Source: Gekko japonicus (Eukaryota). Taken from it: DNA of 64,000 bases. Where the stretch lies: contig NW_015167058.1 in NCBI RefSeq assembly GCF_001447785.1, positions 2,044,672 to 2,108,671 of the forward strand, written 5' to 3'. Of the stretch, positions 1 to 10,310 are shown one piece after another; within the stretch, counting starts at the first letter, position 1, and each line of letters opens with the position of its first letter. The notes beneath the pieces were generated by a model. That model did no database searches, had not been told where the DNA came from, and worked only from the letters and a program-made list of their open reading frames with translations. A program made the translations under genes and the position numbers.

Positions 1-180
1 AATGTTGCCAATCTCCAGATGACAGAGATCAGTTCCCCCAGATAAAATGGCTGCTTTGAAGGGTGAAGTTTATGGTATTATACCCTGCTGAGGTCATTTC
101 CAAGCTCAAGCCTCATCCTCCCAAGGTTCCACCCCAAAATTTCAAAGAATTTCACAACATGGAGCTGACAACCCAAAGAG

Positions 181-374
181 NNNNNNNNNNNNNNNNNNNN
201 NNNNNNNNNNNNNNNNNNNNNNNNNNNNNNNNNNNNNNNNNNNNNNNNNNNNNNNNNNNNNNNNNNNNNNNNNNNNNNNNNNNNNNNNNNNNNNNNNNNN
301 NNNNNNNNNNNNNNNNNNNNNNNNNNNNNNNNNNNNNNNNNNNNNNNNNNNNNNNNNNNNNNNNNNNNNNNNNN
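181..374. other. Assembly gap (N run); smaller gaps at 55793-55802 and 58200-58223
   Basis: Runs of n in the sequence. Confidence 0.99.
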
Positions 375-479
375 GAGTGTGAGAGAAGTAGGGGGAGAGG
401 GGGAGAAGCAGAGGTGGTGGGAATGGGGAAGATACTCCTGCAAGTTTCTTCCAGGTCCCAACTTGTTGGGATCTGGACA

Positions 480-1240
480 TGAATTTTATTGACTAGTTTG
501 GAAAAGTAATTCTTGAGATTCTCCAGGAGACAAGTAAGAGATTAAATATTGAAAGCAACAAGTGGAGCCATCCTGAAAATCAAAGACAAAGAAATAAGAG
601 TTTTGAAGGACATTCCGTTTGAAGTAAGGAAAAAGAGAAAGAAATTCAGAGACTTGGCGCTGTTCTTACAGAAAAACAATGTCCCCTACAGATGGAGTGT
701 TCCAGAAGTCATGCTCTTCAAATTTAAAGACAAGAAAGAAAAATTGACTCTGTTGTAAAGGCATGCAAATTTCTACATCAACATGCCGGTCCAGCAAGTG
801 AAGAGGATAAAGATGAAGATGGCAGCAGCAAGGGAAGTGAAGAAGAAGGAGCACTGGCACCTTCTGATGAGGACTCAGTTTCTGAACGTGGGGCAGCTGC
901 CCCTAAATTAAGCTATCAATTGAGAAACCAAAGTTGTGATTGTCTCTAGATTCTGTTTTAAATGAATTTAAATTATTTCTCTATAGAGCTCTTTATATAG
1001 TCAGATCTGTTGGAGATTTCAGTATAAGCAATAAGAATTGTATACTCACTTAACGTAGCAAAGTATAATCTTATTTAACTAGAAGGTAATTTTGTAAGCA
1101 TTGTGTATGACCACCATCTCTTGGGTTTTTAGTGGCTTTTCTTTACTTTCACCTGTAGTTTGTAGTTACCTTTCCTTGTTTCTTTGTAGTTTGTAGAAAA
1201 TGCAATTAAAAAATCCCCTACGGGGGGGGACAAAAAAAAA
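480..1240 (+). mobile_element. L1/Tx1-clade ORF1 C-terminal fragment followed by T-rich 3' region and A-tail (HAL1-like remnant)
   Basis: ORF 549-758 (IRVLKDIPFEVRKKRKKF...YRWSVPEVMLF) resembles the L1 ORF1p C-terminal domain, compare IEIYQDLPQEAIEKRREL...YKWISP in the L1 at 17-18 kb; no ORF2 motif follows; A-rich end at ~1205-1245. Confidence 0.55.
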
Positions 1241-2004
1241 GGAAAAGTAATTATTTTCCTAGCTCTCTGTCCGTGAAACTGAAATGGTGCTGATGAAGGA
1301 CAAATCTAAAACAACTGTGAAGATTACTATGATAAGCACCATACATACAAAAAAAAATCAGTAATGAATAACTTGAGAATTCTACTCCACAATGTTCCTC
1401 CTTTCTAAATATGCACAAATGGACCAAGGTAAATATCACCTCTGTTTACCCAAACCTCTGATTATCCAAAGTGACTTTTAGGTAGCTCCCAGAAAGTTCA
1501 GAGAAAGGTGGCTACCATGTACAGTACTGATATAACTTGTCCTGCCAGTCTCTCTGACATATTTTCCTCAAAGTGTGCAAGCCATCTGTGTGCTCAAGAG
1601 TAAATAGGAACATTTGAGAGACAAAGGGTGTGTGTGTGTGTTCAGTATGGTTGCCAGGCACTTATTTTTAACAGTTCCTTATTCGAGAATGACAACATCA
1701 CAGAATACAATGTCCTGAACTTCCAAACATCATGGCCAGCATGATTTAAACCATTTTTTTCTAGAACAGCAACACCCCTCCCCAGGCCAAATGGCAAACT
1801 ATTTTTTAAAATTAGAGGACTGAGATACCATATGAAATCCAGCAATTCAAAAAATGTTTTTAAAATTCCAATGATTAATAGCACGAACTCCTTGCAGGAG
1901 TCTATGCAGCTGTTTGGATCCTGGTCCTGATTTCCATCACTGTAGATGTCCTATAGCTTTAAGACATCTCTTATTTTAGTGTTGGTTTATATAAGGCCCC
2001 TAAT

Positions 2005-2605
2005 TAGGGATAGGCACAAACTGAACCATGAAGCAAAATTTGTGATGAATTTCGTCCTGCTTGTGGTTCAGGAACCAAAGTCAGTAATGGGTCTACTGTC
2101 ATGGACTTCCACAAACTTTTAAGGCAGTTCATGGCCAGAGCAGAAAACCCCCCAGACAGCTGAGTGGCTGGGACTCCCCACCACTCAGCTGTTTCAGGCT
2201 TTCTGGTGCAGTCTCTTTAAAGTTTAAACGGCTGAAGGCACTGAGCAAACTGTACTGCACACAGCAATTTGCTCTATGCTTCTCAGCTGTTAAAAGTGCT
2301 TTCTTTGACAGACAGCCCCGGGCTCCCTGCCCAAGAAAGCCCCTTTAAACAGCTGAGCCGCATGGAGCAAAGTGTTCAGCTCCGGGCAGCTCAGCTGTTT
2401 AAAGGGGCTTTCTTGGTTTCAGCTCCAAGCCATTTAAACCCTTGCTTTCTCCTTCCCGTGGCAAGTGGTGGGGAGCAGAAAGTAGGGGTCATAAACCCAT
2501 ACAAACTGATTTGGTTCATGAACCAACCTTCCGGTTTGTATAGGTTTATGGTTCAACCACGAATCATAAACCAAACTGCAAAAATGTGGTTTGTGCCCAT
2601 CCCTA
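2005..2605. mobile_element. Non-autonomous hAT-type DNA transposon (MITE)
   Basis: TIRs TAGGGATAGGCACAAAC / GTTTGTGCCCATCCCTA; flanks CCCCTAAT / CCCCTGAT (8-bp TSD, 1 mismatch). Confidence 0.7.
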
Positions 2606-3017
2606 CCCCTGATACTACCCTGGGGAGAGAGTGAGTGCTAATGTGACATGCCCATCCCACCTCTTATATCTCCAGGTGTCCTCCAAGGGGTGTAATATAT
2701 TATTTATTTAGTTTGTTTACTCCATTTTGTTCTCATAACAAACCTGTGAGATAGGTTAGGCTTAGAGTGTGTGACTGAAAAGGAGGGCAGGAATTGCTTG
2801 GTTTTGGGCAGCCAACCTGAAAGATGATAAGTTGGGGGGGTATAATTGCTAGCAACCTGAACTTGTGAAGAATAGTTCCTTGTCACATTCCTGTGACATG
2901 CTAGGAAAATCATTTTCTGGCACTGTTTACTACATCAGTTTCTGAGGAGGGGACTATGCATGAAACTTTGGGCTTTGAGATTAAAGAATGGCCACAAAAT
3001 CTAAAGCTAAGTATTTG

Positions 3018-3742
3018 ATTTTTGTTGTTGTTCAGTCGCACAGTCGAGTCCAGCTCTTTGTGACCCCATAGACCAGATCACGCCAGGCCCTCCTGTCTTC
3101 CGCTGTCCTCTGAAGTTCACTCAATTTCATGTTCGTTGCATCTATGACACTGTCTAACCATCTCATCCTTTGCCATCCCCGTCTTCTTTGACCTTCAATC
3201 TTTCCCAGCATCAGGGTCTTCTCCAGTGAGTGCTCCCTTCTCATTTGGTGGCCAAAGTATTTGAGCTTCAGTTTCATTATCTGGCCTTCCAGGGAACAGT
3301 CAGGGTTGATTTCTTTTAGGATTGACTGATTTGATCTTCTTGCAGTCCAAGGGACTCTCGAGAGTCTTCTCCAGCACCATAGTTCAAAAGAATCTATTCT
3401 TCTGTGCTCGGCCTTCCTTATAGTCCAACTCTCGCAGCCATACATGACTACTGGGAATACCATTGCTTTGACCATGCGGACTTTTGTTGGCAGGGTGATG
3501 TCTCTACTTTTTATCATGGTGCTTAGGTTCGCCATCGCTTTCCTCCCAAGGAGCAGGAGTCTTTTAATTTCATGGCTGCAGTCACAGTCTGCGGTGATCT
3601 GGGATCTCAGGAACGTGAAGTCTGTCACTATTTCCATGACTTCCCCTTCTATTTGCCAAGGAGTGATGGGTCCGGATGCCATGATCTTAGTTTTTTTTAT
3701 GTTGAGCTTCAAGCCCACTTTTGCGCTCTCCTCTACCATCAT
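3018..3742 (-). mobile_element. RTE-BovB LINE, 5'-truncated 3' end
   Basis: Open ORF 3032-3754 with BovB RT C-terminus (GLKLNIKKTKIMASGPIT, VFPVVMYGCESWT, FELWCWRRL, LEKTLMLGKIEG); (CAA)n tail. Confidence 0.93.
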
Positions 3743-4049
3743 ACACAGCTTCAACTGCTTCAGATGTTACTCCCCATATTGAATCACAGTGTAATCACAT
3801 GGATTTCAGCAAGAAACATAAGCACCTTTTCAGTGCTCAAAAATTGAGAGAATATCTTGCATATCATGGCATATGCCTCTTGTTACCCGCCCATTTGGGG
3901 AGAGCGGGATATAACTTTAATAACATAAATAAATAAATAAGATCACCCTGTGAAAAAACAGCTCATTGGTGAGGTGGTTTTTAACTACACTATCCACTTT
4001 CCTACAGTGGTTTCTCCTTAAAGGCAGGTGCCAGGGTAGACTCCTCCGC

Positions 4050-4760
4050 ACACAGTCGAAACCCTCATACTGTACTTCCGAAATCTCGCTTTAACACAGG
4101 TGGGAGAGGCGAACGAGTTTTGCGGCGCAGAGCCGAGATGCCAGAGAGTGGAAGGCAGACAGACCCGTCTGGCCAGGTTACCTTGCGCGTCGCGAGGAGG
4201 CGGAGCGAGCCTCGCCGCCACATGCCTCTCCCCCCTCGGCCACCCAGCGGAAGAGGGCGTCTCCCGCCCTCGCGCTTCAGAGGCGTCTGTCCTGGCCCGT
4301 CCCAGGTTGACGATCCTCTTGGCGCCCCTGGAAGGCGGCACGGGAGGCCAGACGTTGCTATTTGGCTGGGGAAAACACGGGAGCAGGCGGGCGTCGTGCG
4401 AAAGAGCTGGTGGACGGGAGATGGCGGACAACGACCCCCAAAGCGCCAGGGAGCTCTCTCAGTTTGTGAGTGCGGGGAGGGCGCCGGTTAGCGCCGGTAC
4501 TGGTTTGTGCTTTGCGGAGGGCGCATGCATCGAGGGGGCGATTCACAAAGCAGTTCCGCTGGCGGAATTCCTGAGCGGGGGCGGGGGGGGGGAAGAGACC
4601 TCAGGGCCTGCAGGCAAACGCTCACCCGTTAAAAAGTTGAACAGCGCAGTTTGCGCACAGCGGTGCAAATGAGACGCGGCGGATCTAACGGCTTTCTTAA
4701 GGGGAAAATGAACACAAAAGGATGGAGAAAGGCGGTCAGGTTACGTTTGTGTTTGCCTGT
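4050..4760. promoter_or_regulatory. CpG island / HSBP1L1 promoter
   Basis: High CpG/GC density around the HSBP1L1 start codon; GC-box-like and NRF1-like (GCGCATGCA) motifs. Confidence 0.8.
4421..4465 (+). CDS. HSBP1L1: HSBP1L1 coding exon 1 (MADNDPQSARELSQF)
   Basis: ATG in good context (GAGATGG), donor GTGAGT at 4466; joins in frame to exon 2. Confidence 0.88.
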
Positions 4761-4987
4761 CAGACTCTGGACCCTTAACAGGTTCTCCCCCTGGTTAAGC
4801 CCCAGCGAGTGGGGAGCGATGAACTTGTATGTTGGACTAGATGACCCTGGAGTTCTCTTCCAATGCTATGATTCTGTGGCTGTCGTCACACACACTAAAT
4901 AATCCACTTTCAATGCACTTTCCAATTGGGTTTTACTGTGTGACCTGGCAAAATCCAGTTGAAAAGTGCACTGAAAGTGGATTATTT

Positions 4988-5020
<33 letters not shown>

Positions 5021-5031
5021 ACACAGCCAAT

Positions 5032-5472
5032 AGCTGTGGTCACACGGAGCAGTAGCCAGGCTACTGCGACGGAAGTTAGGTGGATTTTCCGGGCAGGATC
5101 ACACTGCCACATCTGGGAAGCGTAGAGCTCCTGTGGCGGGGCAAGGGCAGGCGCGGGGCAAGGGCAGGCGCGTGATAGCGTTTCCGGGGGACTCCCATGG
5201 CATCCGGCGCCCGCCCATGCCCCCTCGTAAAAAGGGTTTTTTTTCCCAACTGTCCATGGGATGCGCACAAGCACCCAACGGGGTATGCGCACACTTTGGT
5301 GTCAAGAAGAAAAAACACCCCTTTGCCGCACGCAGGATTGTGGTGTGATTGGCACCTCCCCCCTACCACAGGACCTCCATGGTACGTCTGCTGGCGCAAC
5401 CGCATGTTATTTCGCCCCGGGGCAAACAGCCACGCTCCCCCCCTGCATTTTCCTGCCCGTGTGACCGCAGCC
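5032..5472. mobile_element. CpG-rich MITE, PIF/Harbinger-like family (TIR GGYYNYGGTCACACGG)
   Basis: TIRs AGCTGTGGTCACACGG / CCGTGTGACCGCAGCC; related to copies at 14514, 29851, 62976. Confidence 0.65.
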
Positions 5473-6808
5473 TGTGTCTGCCTTTCAGGTGGCTCTTAAA
5501 GGAAGGAAGCAGCTCTCTCCTAGAGGGGGAAAAAGGGCTTTCTTAAAAAGGAATCCCCCTTTCTCTTAACAATAGTCCCTCAGAAATATTTCATTACTCT
5601 TGGATGCTAGTTGTTTTGCCATCTTCAGCTTCGTATGGTTCACAAAAAACAACAGGTTTCTCACTGGATACCAGTCAAATAATGCAGTCTGCTTCTAAAT
5701 CCTATGTATTCTTATAGTAAATAACTACAAAGTTTACAGCATCACATAAGAGCAACGTGTTCTAAAATAGTTTGTATTTATTAATCTCCAACAGTATTTC
5801 ATTATTGCAGCCTAATAATAATTTCATTACTTCCCTTTTAAGGATTATGAATAAATTGTAAATAATGGCACACACCTGCAAGATATTTTTTGCAACAGCT
5901 GTTCTCATGTGAATTCTAGTTATCTTAACACCAGAACTGAACATATTTATGTGATATTGTAAAAAAAAGTTGATTTTTAACGTGTACATTATAATAAAAA
6001 TGCCTTAGAAATTTGAGCATGGTCCTAGTAAATATTTTAAATAAATGTCAGTGTTCCAAATTTTTGTATGAGGCAATTCATTACTTTTATGTAATAACAA
6101 TAATACAAATGTTCATCACCTGAGCACTACTGCTGGGAGTATTATAGAGGTAATTTGCTCATCCTTAATTTTTATGGTCATCTTGAAATAATGTACTATA
6201 TAATGTACCCATCATTTTCACAATCTCTGTTAAATAAGCACACCCAACTCAAGTTATTTTGAAGTAAGTGGATTATGGACAATACATTTAAAAATTTAAA
6301 ATATATATATATATATATATACATCATTTAGCACATTAGATACATGTCCATTTGACATCCAAATGTATACAAACTGATAACTTACAACTTGGCAACATTT
6401 GTTTATACAAAATACATTAGCCTGCTCAGTTTCCCCATAAAAGTTATCAAGAAGGAGATATATTATCAACCTGTGAAGACATACCCATGAAAACTTTCTC
6501 AGTCTTGTGCTAGATATGTTATTTCTCTGTAGATGTTTTGAGACTTCAGGTATTTTAACAAAATAAGAGTGTTTCATTATTAGGTAGTCTGTGTTTCCTG
6601 CTTTCTTTCACATACTACAACAAAACTCTACAAGTGCTATGAATAAAATAGCTTCCTATAACCAGCGTTAGAAAAACTACCTCCTGTTCCAGTGCAATAA
6701 AGCAAAGTATATACACTTCTTTATGCCATTTTATTATTACAGCAAATCAATGGAGTTTTTCCTGTAGCATAATTATATTATTTGCTAATAATCTTTCAAT
6801 TTTTCCAG

Positions 6809-6875
6809 GCAGAAAACTTACTACAACAGGTGCATGATAACTTTCAAGCATTGGCTGACAAATTAGCGCTACGAA
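6809..6875 (+). CDS. HSBP1L1: HSBP1L1 coding exon 2 (AENLLQQVHDNFQALADKLALR)
   Basis: Acceptor TTTTCCAG; 67 nt; HSBP1-family coiled-coil sequence; followed by U12 donor ATATCCTTT. Confidence 0.92.
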
Positions 6876-8221
6876 ATATCCTTTTCAGTTATCTATGTAC
6901 AACTAAATAGTACAAATTTTGCAGTGTTGATTACACTTGAGCAATTTATAAAGAACTTATTTGATTAATAATTACCAAATCATTTAAAAAGTATCCATTC
7001 TGAAAGATCTTATACATAATCATTCACTTAGGCAAAGTCGTGATAAAGTTAAAAACAAATAGTAATAAAGTATTCAAGGATAGTGTGTTCTAAATTATAT
7101 TCAGAAGGTTCTTGAACAGTCTACTCACAGAAGAGGGGAACAATAATTTACAATGCAACCCCATTTAAGTCAGTGGGTTTAGAAGGTTTTAACTGTTCAG
7201 GATTGCACTATTACTGTACTAACTGAGAAGAGATCAGAAAGACTTGACAAGTAAGCCCTAAACAAAATTTCCTGCTTGAATTTTCTTAATAAAAAGGCCT
7301 AGGTACAACTTCATTAGAGCATACTATTTGTTCTATAGTTATTAATACCTCAGATTAACAAAAGGGGGAAAAGCCTAAAGCACATCTTGAAACCTCAATC
7401 CATTGCCTACTTCCTTTCTTTTGCTTGACCCATAAAGCATGGTACTCTTATAGAGAGCCTACTCTTAACCCCATTGTCAGTACTAGTATGATACAGCAAA
7501 AAACTGATAAACAATGTACCTCAAGCCTGAAGACTTTTTCTTAGACTCCTTCAAACTGGATGAGGTCAAACCATCTCATGACTGAATGTCACCATATTAC
7601 AGTCACATCTCAAAGTGGGACGTAGTTGTTAAGAACATTTACTTTGGCAAAACCAAACCATTTAAATAGTTTGTATGCTCCCTATATATAATTGATGTGG
7701 TCCTTAAAAGTACTTAGAGAAGTTGAGATATAAATATAATTGCATTAAAATTCTATGGCATCGGTTTCAGGGTACTGAAAATTGAGTGTCTCAAATTAAA
7801 TGTGGTTTTGCAACATTAAGGAATTGCTGTTTGATGACAATATACCTTCTGTGCAGCACTTCTTTCAGAGCACACACCTGGCATGCTTTTGAAGGGAGTA
7901 TACTAAATTGTAATGTTACACTACTTTAATCATTTGAAATTAGCGATTCAGCCTATTTTTTTCAGTACAAATCCAACATATGATGAACATACCTGAAGAA
8001 AGAAACAGACCTCTTTTTTATAAAAACACAAAATACTATAATCCCTTTTTACATTACTATGAACATTTATTTTATAAAAACACAAAATACTATAATGCTC
8101 TTTTACATTACTATGAACATTTATTTTATAAAAACACAAAATACTATAATGCTCTTTTACATTACTATGAACATTTATTTTATAAAAACACAAAATACTA
8201 TAATGCTCTTTAACCTTTTAC
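6876..8221 (+). other. HSBP1L1: U12-type (AT-AC) intron of HSBP1L1
   Basis: 5' ATATCCTTT at 6876; branch-like TCTTTAAC at 8207-8214; terminal AC at 8220-8221; splicing restores A|TG giving LALR-M-EDMG. Confidence 0.92.
8016..8212 (+). repeat. 54-bp tandem repeat, about 3.6 copies
   Basis: Unit TTTTATAAAAACACAAAATACTATAATGCTCTTTTACATTACTATGAACATTTA; gives 18-aa periodicity in ORFs 7980-8213 and 8059-8418. Confidence 0.95.
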
Positions 8222-8316
8222 TGGAAGACATGGGTGAACATATAGATGGTCTTGAGAAACAAGTTAATGGATTGGTGGCACAAGCTGGTGTAGAAAATGC
8301 CAGTGAAGAACTAACG
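8222..8316 (+). CDS. HSBP1L1: HSBP1L1 coding exon 3 (MEDMGEHIDGLEKQVNGLVAQAGVENASEELT)
   Basis: HSBP1 motif MGxxIDxLEKxVxxLxxQAG; donor GTAAGA at 8317. Confidence 0.93.
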
Positions 8317-9772
8317 GTAAGAATCTTGCTCTGTAAAATTATGTTATTGTACTTCCTCGAAAGAAAGATGAGCCCAAATATAAGAGGACTCCCCTTAAAA
8401 AAGAGAGACCATACATAAAAACAGATATTGAACTTAAGATGACCCCCTCAAGGGGTGAGGGAAAGATGTCCTATAACCAGTTTGTATCTTCCTGGCCCCC
8501 AACCCAAGCTTTGGTGGGCTTTGTTGCCCCAGCAGCCTGGATTGCCTCTGCAACTCTACTGGCCTAGTTGATCCAGAGCCAGAAAGTGCAAAGGAAGAGA
8601 GGCTGGCCTTTCTTCTCTGTACTTTCTGACTGAGCAAAGAGTGCGTGTTGCCCCCCAACTCAGACACATGGGCAGTTCCCAGCTCCCCTCCCCCAGCTAA
8701 TAGAGGCTGGCCTTTCTCTCCCTCTGCACTTCTTCACCAAGCCAGATGTTAAGGAAAGTGCACCAGGAGTATTTCCAACCTGTGAGACCAAGCTGCATGC
8801 CCTTTTGCCCCTCTCTGCAACTGCAGAGTGTTTCTTTCCAAATTTAAGACGATCCTCCCTTTTAAAAATCCGCCAAAAAGTTTTTAAATCTTGTATTTAA
8901 TACAGTAATTACCTGTATCTTCAGATAAAAATATTAGGAGTACCAGAATAGAGGCCAGTTGAGGATAAGAACTTGAGAGGAAACTTCCTGCCCTTTCCAT
9001 GGCACTGTAGTTTTTAGTATAAAACTGATAGCATAGCCAACTCAAGCCAACCAGAATAACTGTTTATTAGAATGTAACAAAACATTATAAAAACTGAGCA
9101 AACTTGCAAGCTTCCTAGAACTCTAAGAAGAAAAAAGAGGAAGGGAAGAAAGAAAGAAACTTGAGGACATGAAATAGCTTATAGTCTGCAGTTTGGCAAA
9201 CTGTCAAACTGCAATACATACTGCATTCCAGACACGCAGTGCAGTTATTTGCATGCTTATTTGGAAGTCATTCCAAATGAGTATAATGAGGGTGTATTAA
9301 GTGTGCATAGGATTGCAGCCTTAATTGGGTTTCTACTTGTTTTCAGATTTCTGCAACCCAAAACCTATTGCATTATTTGCTGGACGTCCCATCCTGTTGA
9401 TCATATTGACTTACACTCTGTAATCAACCTTGAGTGTCCATGAGAAAGGCTGACTTTAAATAAAATAAATGAATATATGTAAACAACATAAACGATTGAT
9501 GTGTACAAAACAAGTTTCAAGGTGCACCCAAAGCTCCTGCCCCTTTGATAATATAAAAGTAATCAGTTAGCATCTGACTGACTGAAAGACAGCTAGCCTG
9601 TTTGTAGAACAAGGACAGTATGTTTATTAATGAAAATGTGGCTCTGTTTTTCCCATTCCAACTGAATGAAAATGTTGGGGTGTAACCTATGAAAACCTAA
9701 TTAGATGCTGAAGTAGTCCTTGTTTTTCTTTCCCAATATTAATTCAGTTCCATTGTTCTTGTTTTGGCACAG

Positions 9773-9778
9773 CCCTGA
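9773..9778 (+). CDS. HSBP1L1: HSBP1L1 terminal coding exon (Pro-stop); 3'UTR to AATAAA at 10053-10058
   Basis: Long pyrimidine tract + CAG acceptor, CCC TGA, downstream poly(A) signal; total protein 70 aa. Confidence 0.7.
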   Translation, partial: P

Positions 9779-10099
9779 AGACATCAAGACGGTGAAAAAA
9801 TCATATACTATTCAAACTTGCAGTCTGTAAATAGGTTCTCCAATTATACAGAATTTACTACAAATTTATTTTTTAAAACAGTCTGCCACAGATGGATGAA
9901 TAAGCTACCTTTGCACACAGTAGTAGCTGCAGTAGAAAAAGCTATGAAGAGCTCCAGAGTTTATTCTTGCACTGAAGGAAAAATTCTCATCCAACAAATT
10001 TGCACAAGATTGAAAACTAGGTTTCAATTCCAAACTGACTCTTTATAGTGTGAATAAACTTGTAATCCTTTCTCATTTGCTAGTTCTATAGTATTTTAT

Positions 10100-10310
10100 C
10101 CATGAACACAGCATGGGCACATGAACATGCCTTATAACAAGTCAGACCACTGATTTGTCACACTCTGCTGTCTACTCTGACTGGCAGCAGCTTTCTGGGA
10201 TTCCAGTCTTTCACATCACTAAGTACCCATTCCTTTTAACTGGCACTGTTAGAGATTGAACCTGGGACCTTCTGTATGCAAAGCAAGTTCTTTACTACTG
10301 AACCACAGTG
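10100..10310 (-). mobile_element. tRNA-derived SINE remnant
   Basis: GATTGAACCTGGGACCTTCTGTATGCAAAGC...ACTACTGAACC is a reverse-complement tRNA-like head (B box GGTTCAATC). Confidence 0.55.

Noticed and set aside
63-482. ORFs spanning the N run
   Set aside because: Artefacts of the assembly gap.
4018-4672. Long overlapping ORFs (137-190 aa) on both strands
   Set aside because: Stop-poor GC-rich CpG island; only 4421-4465 has protein-family and splice support.
7948-8418. ORFs with 18-aa repeats, one running in frame into HSBP1L1 exon 3
   Set aside because: They are translations of the intronic 54-bp tandem repeat; the AT-AC splice gives the conserved protein.
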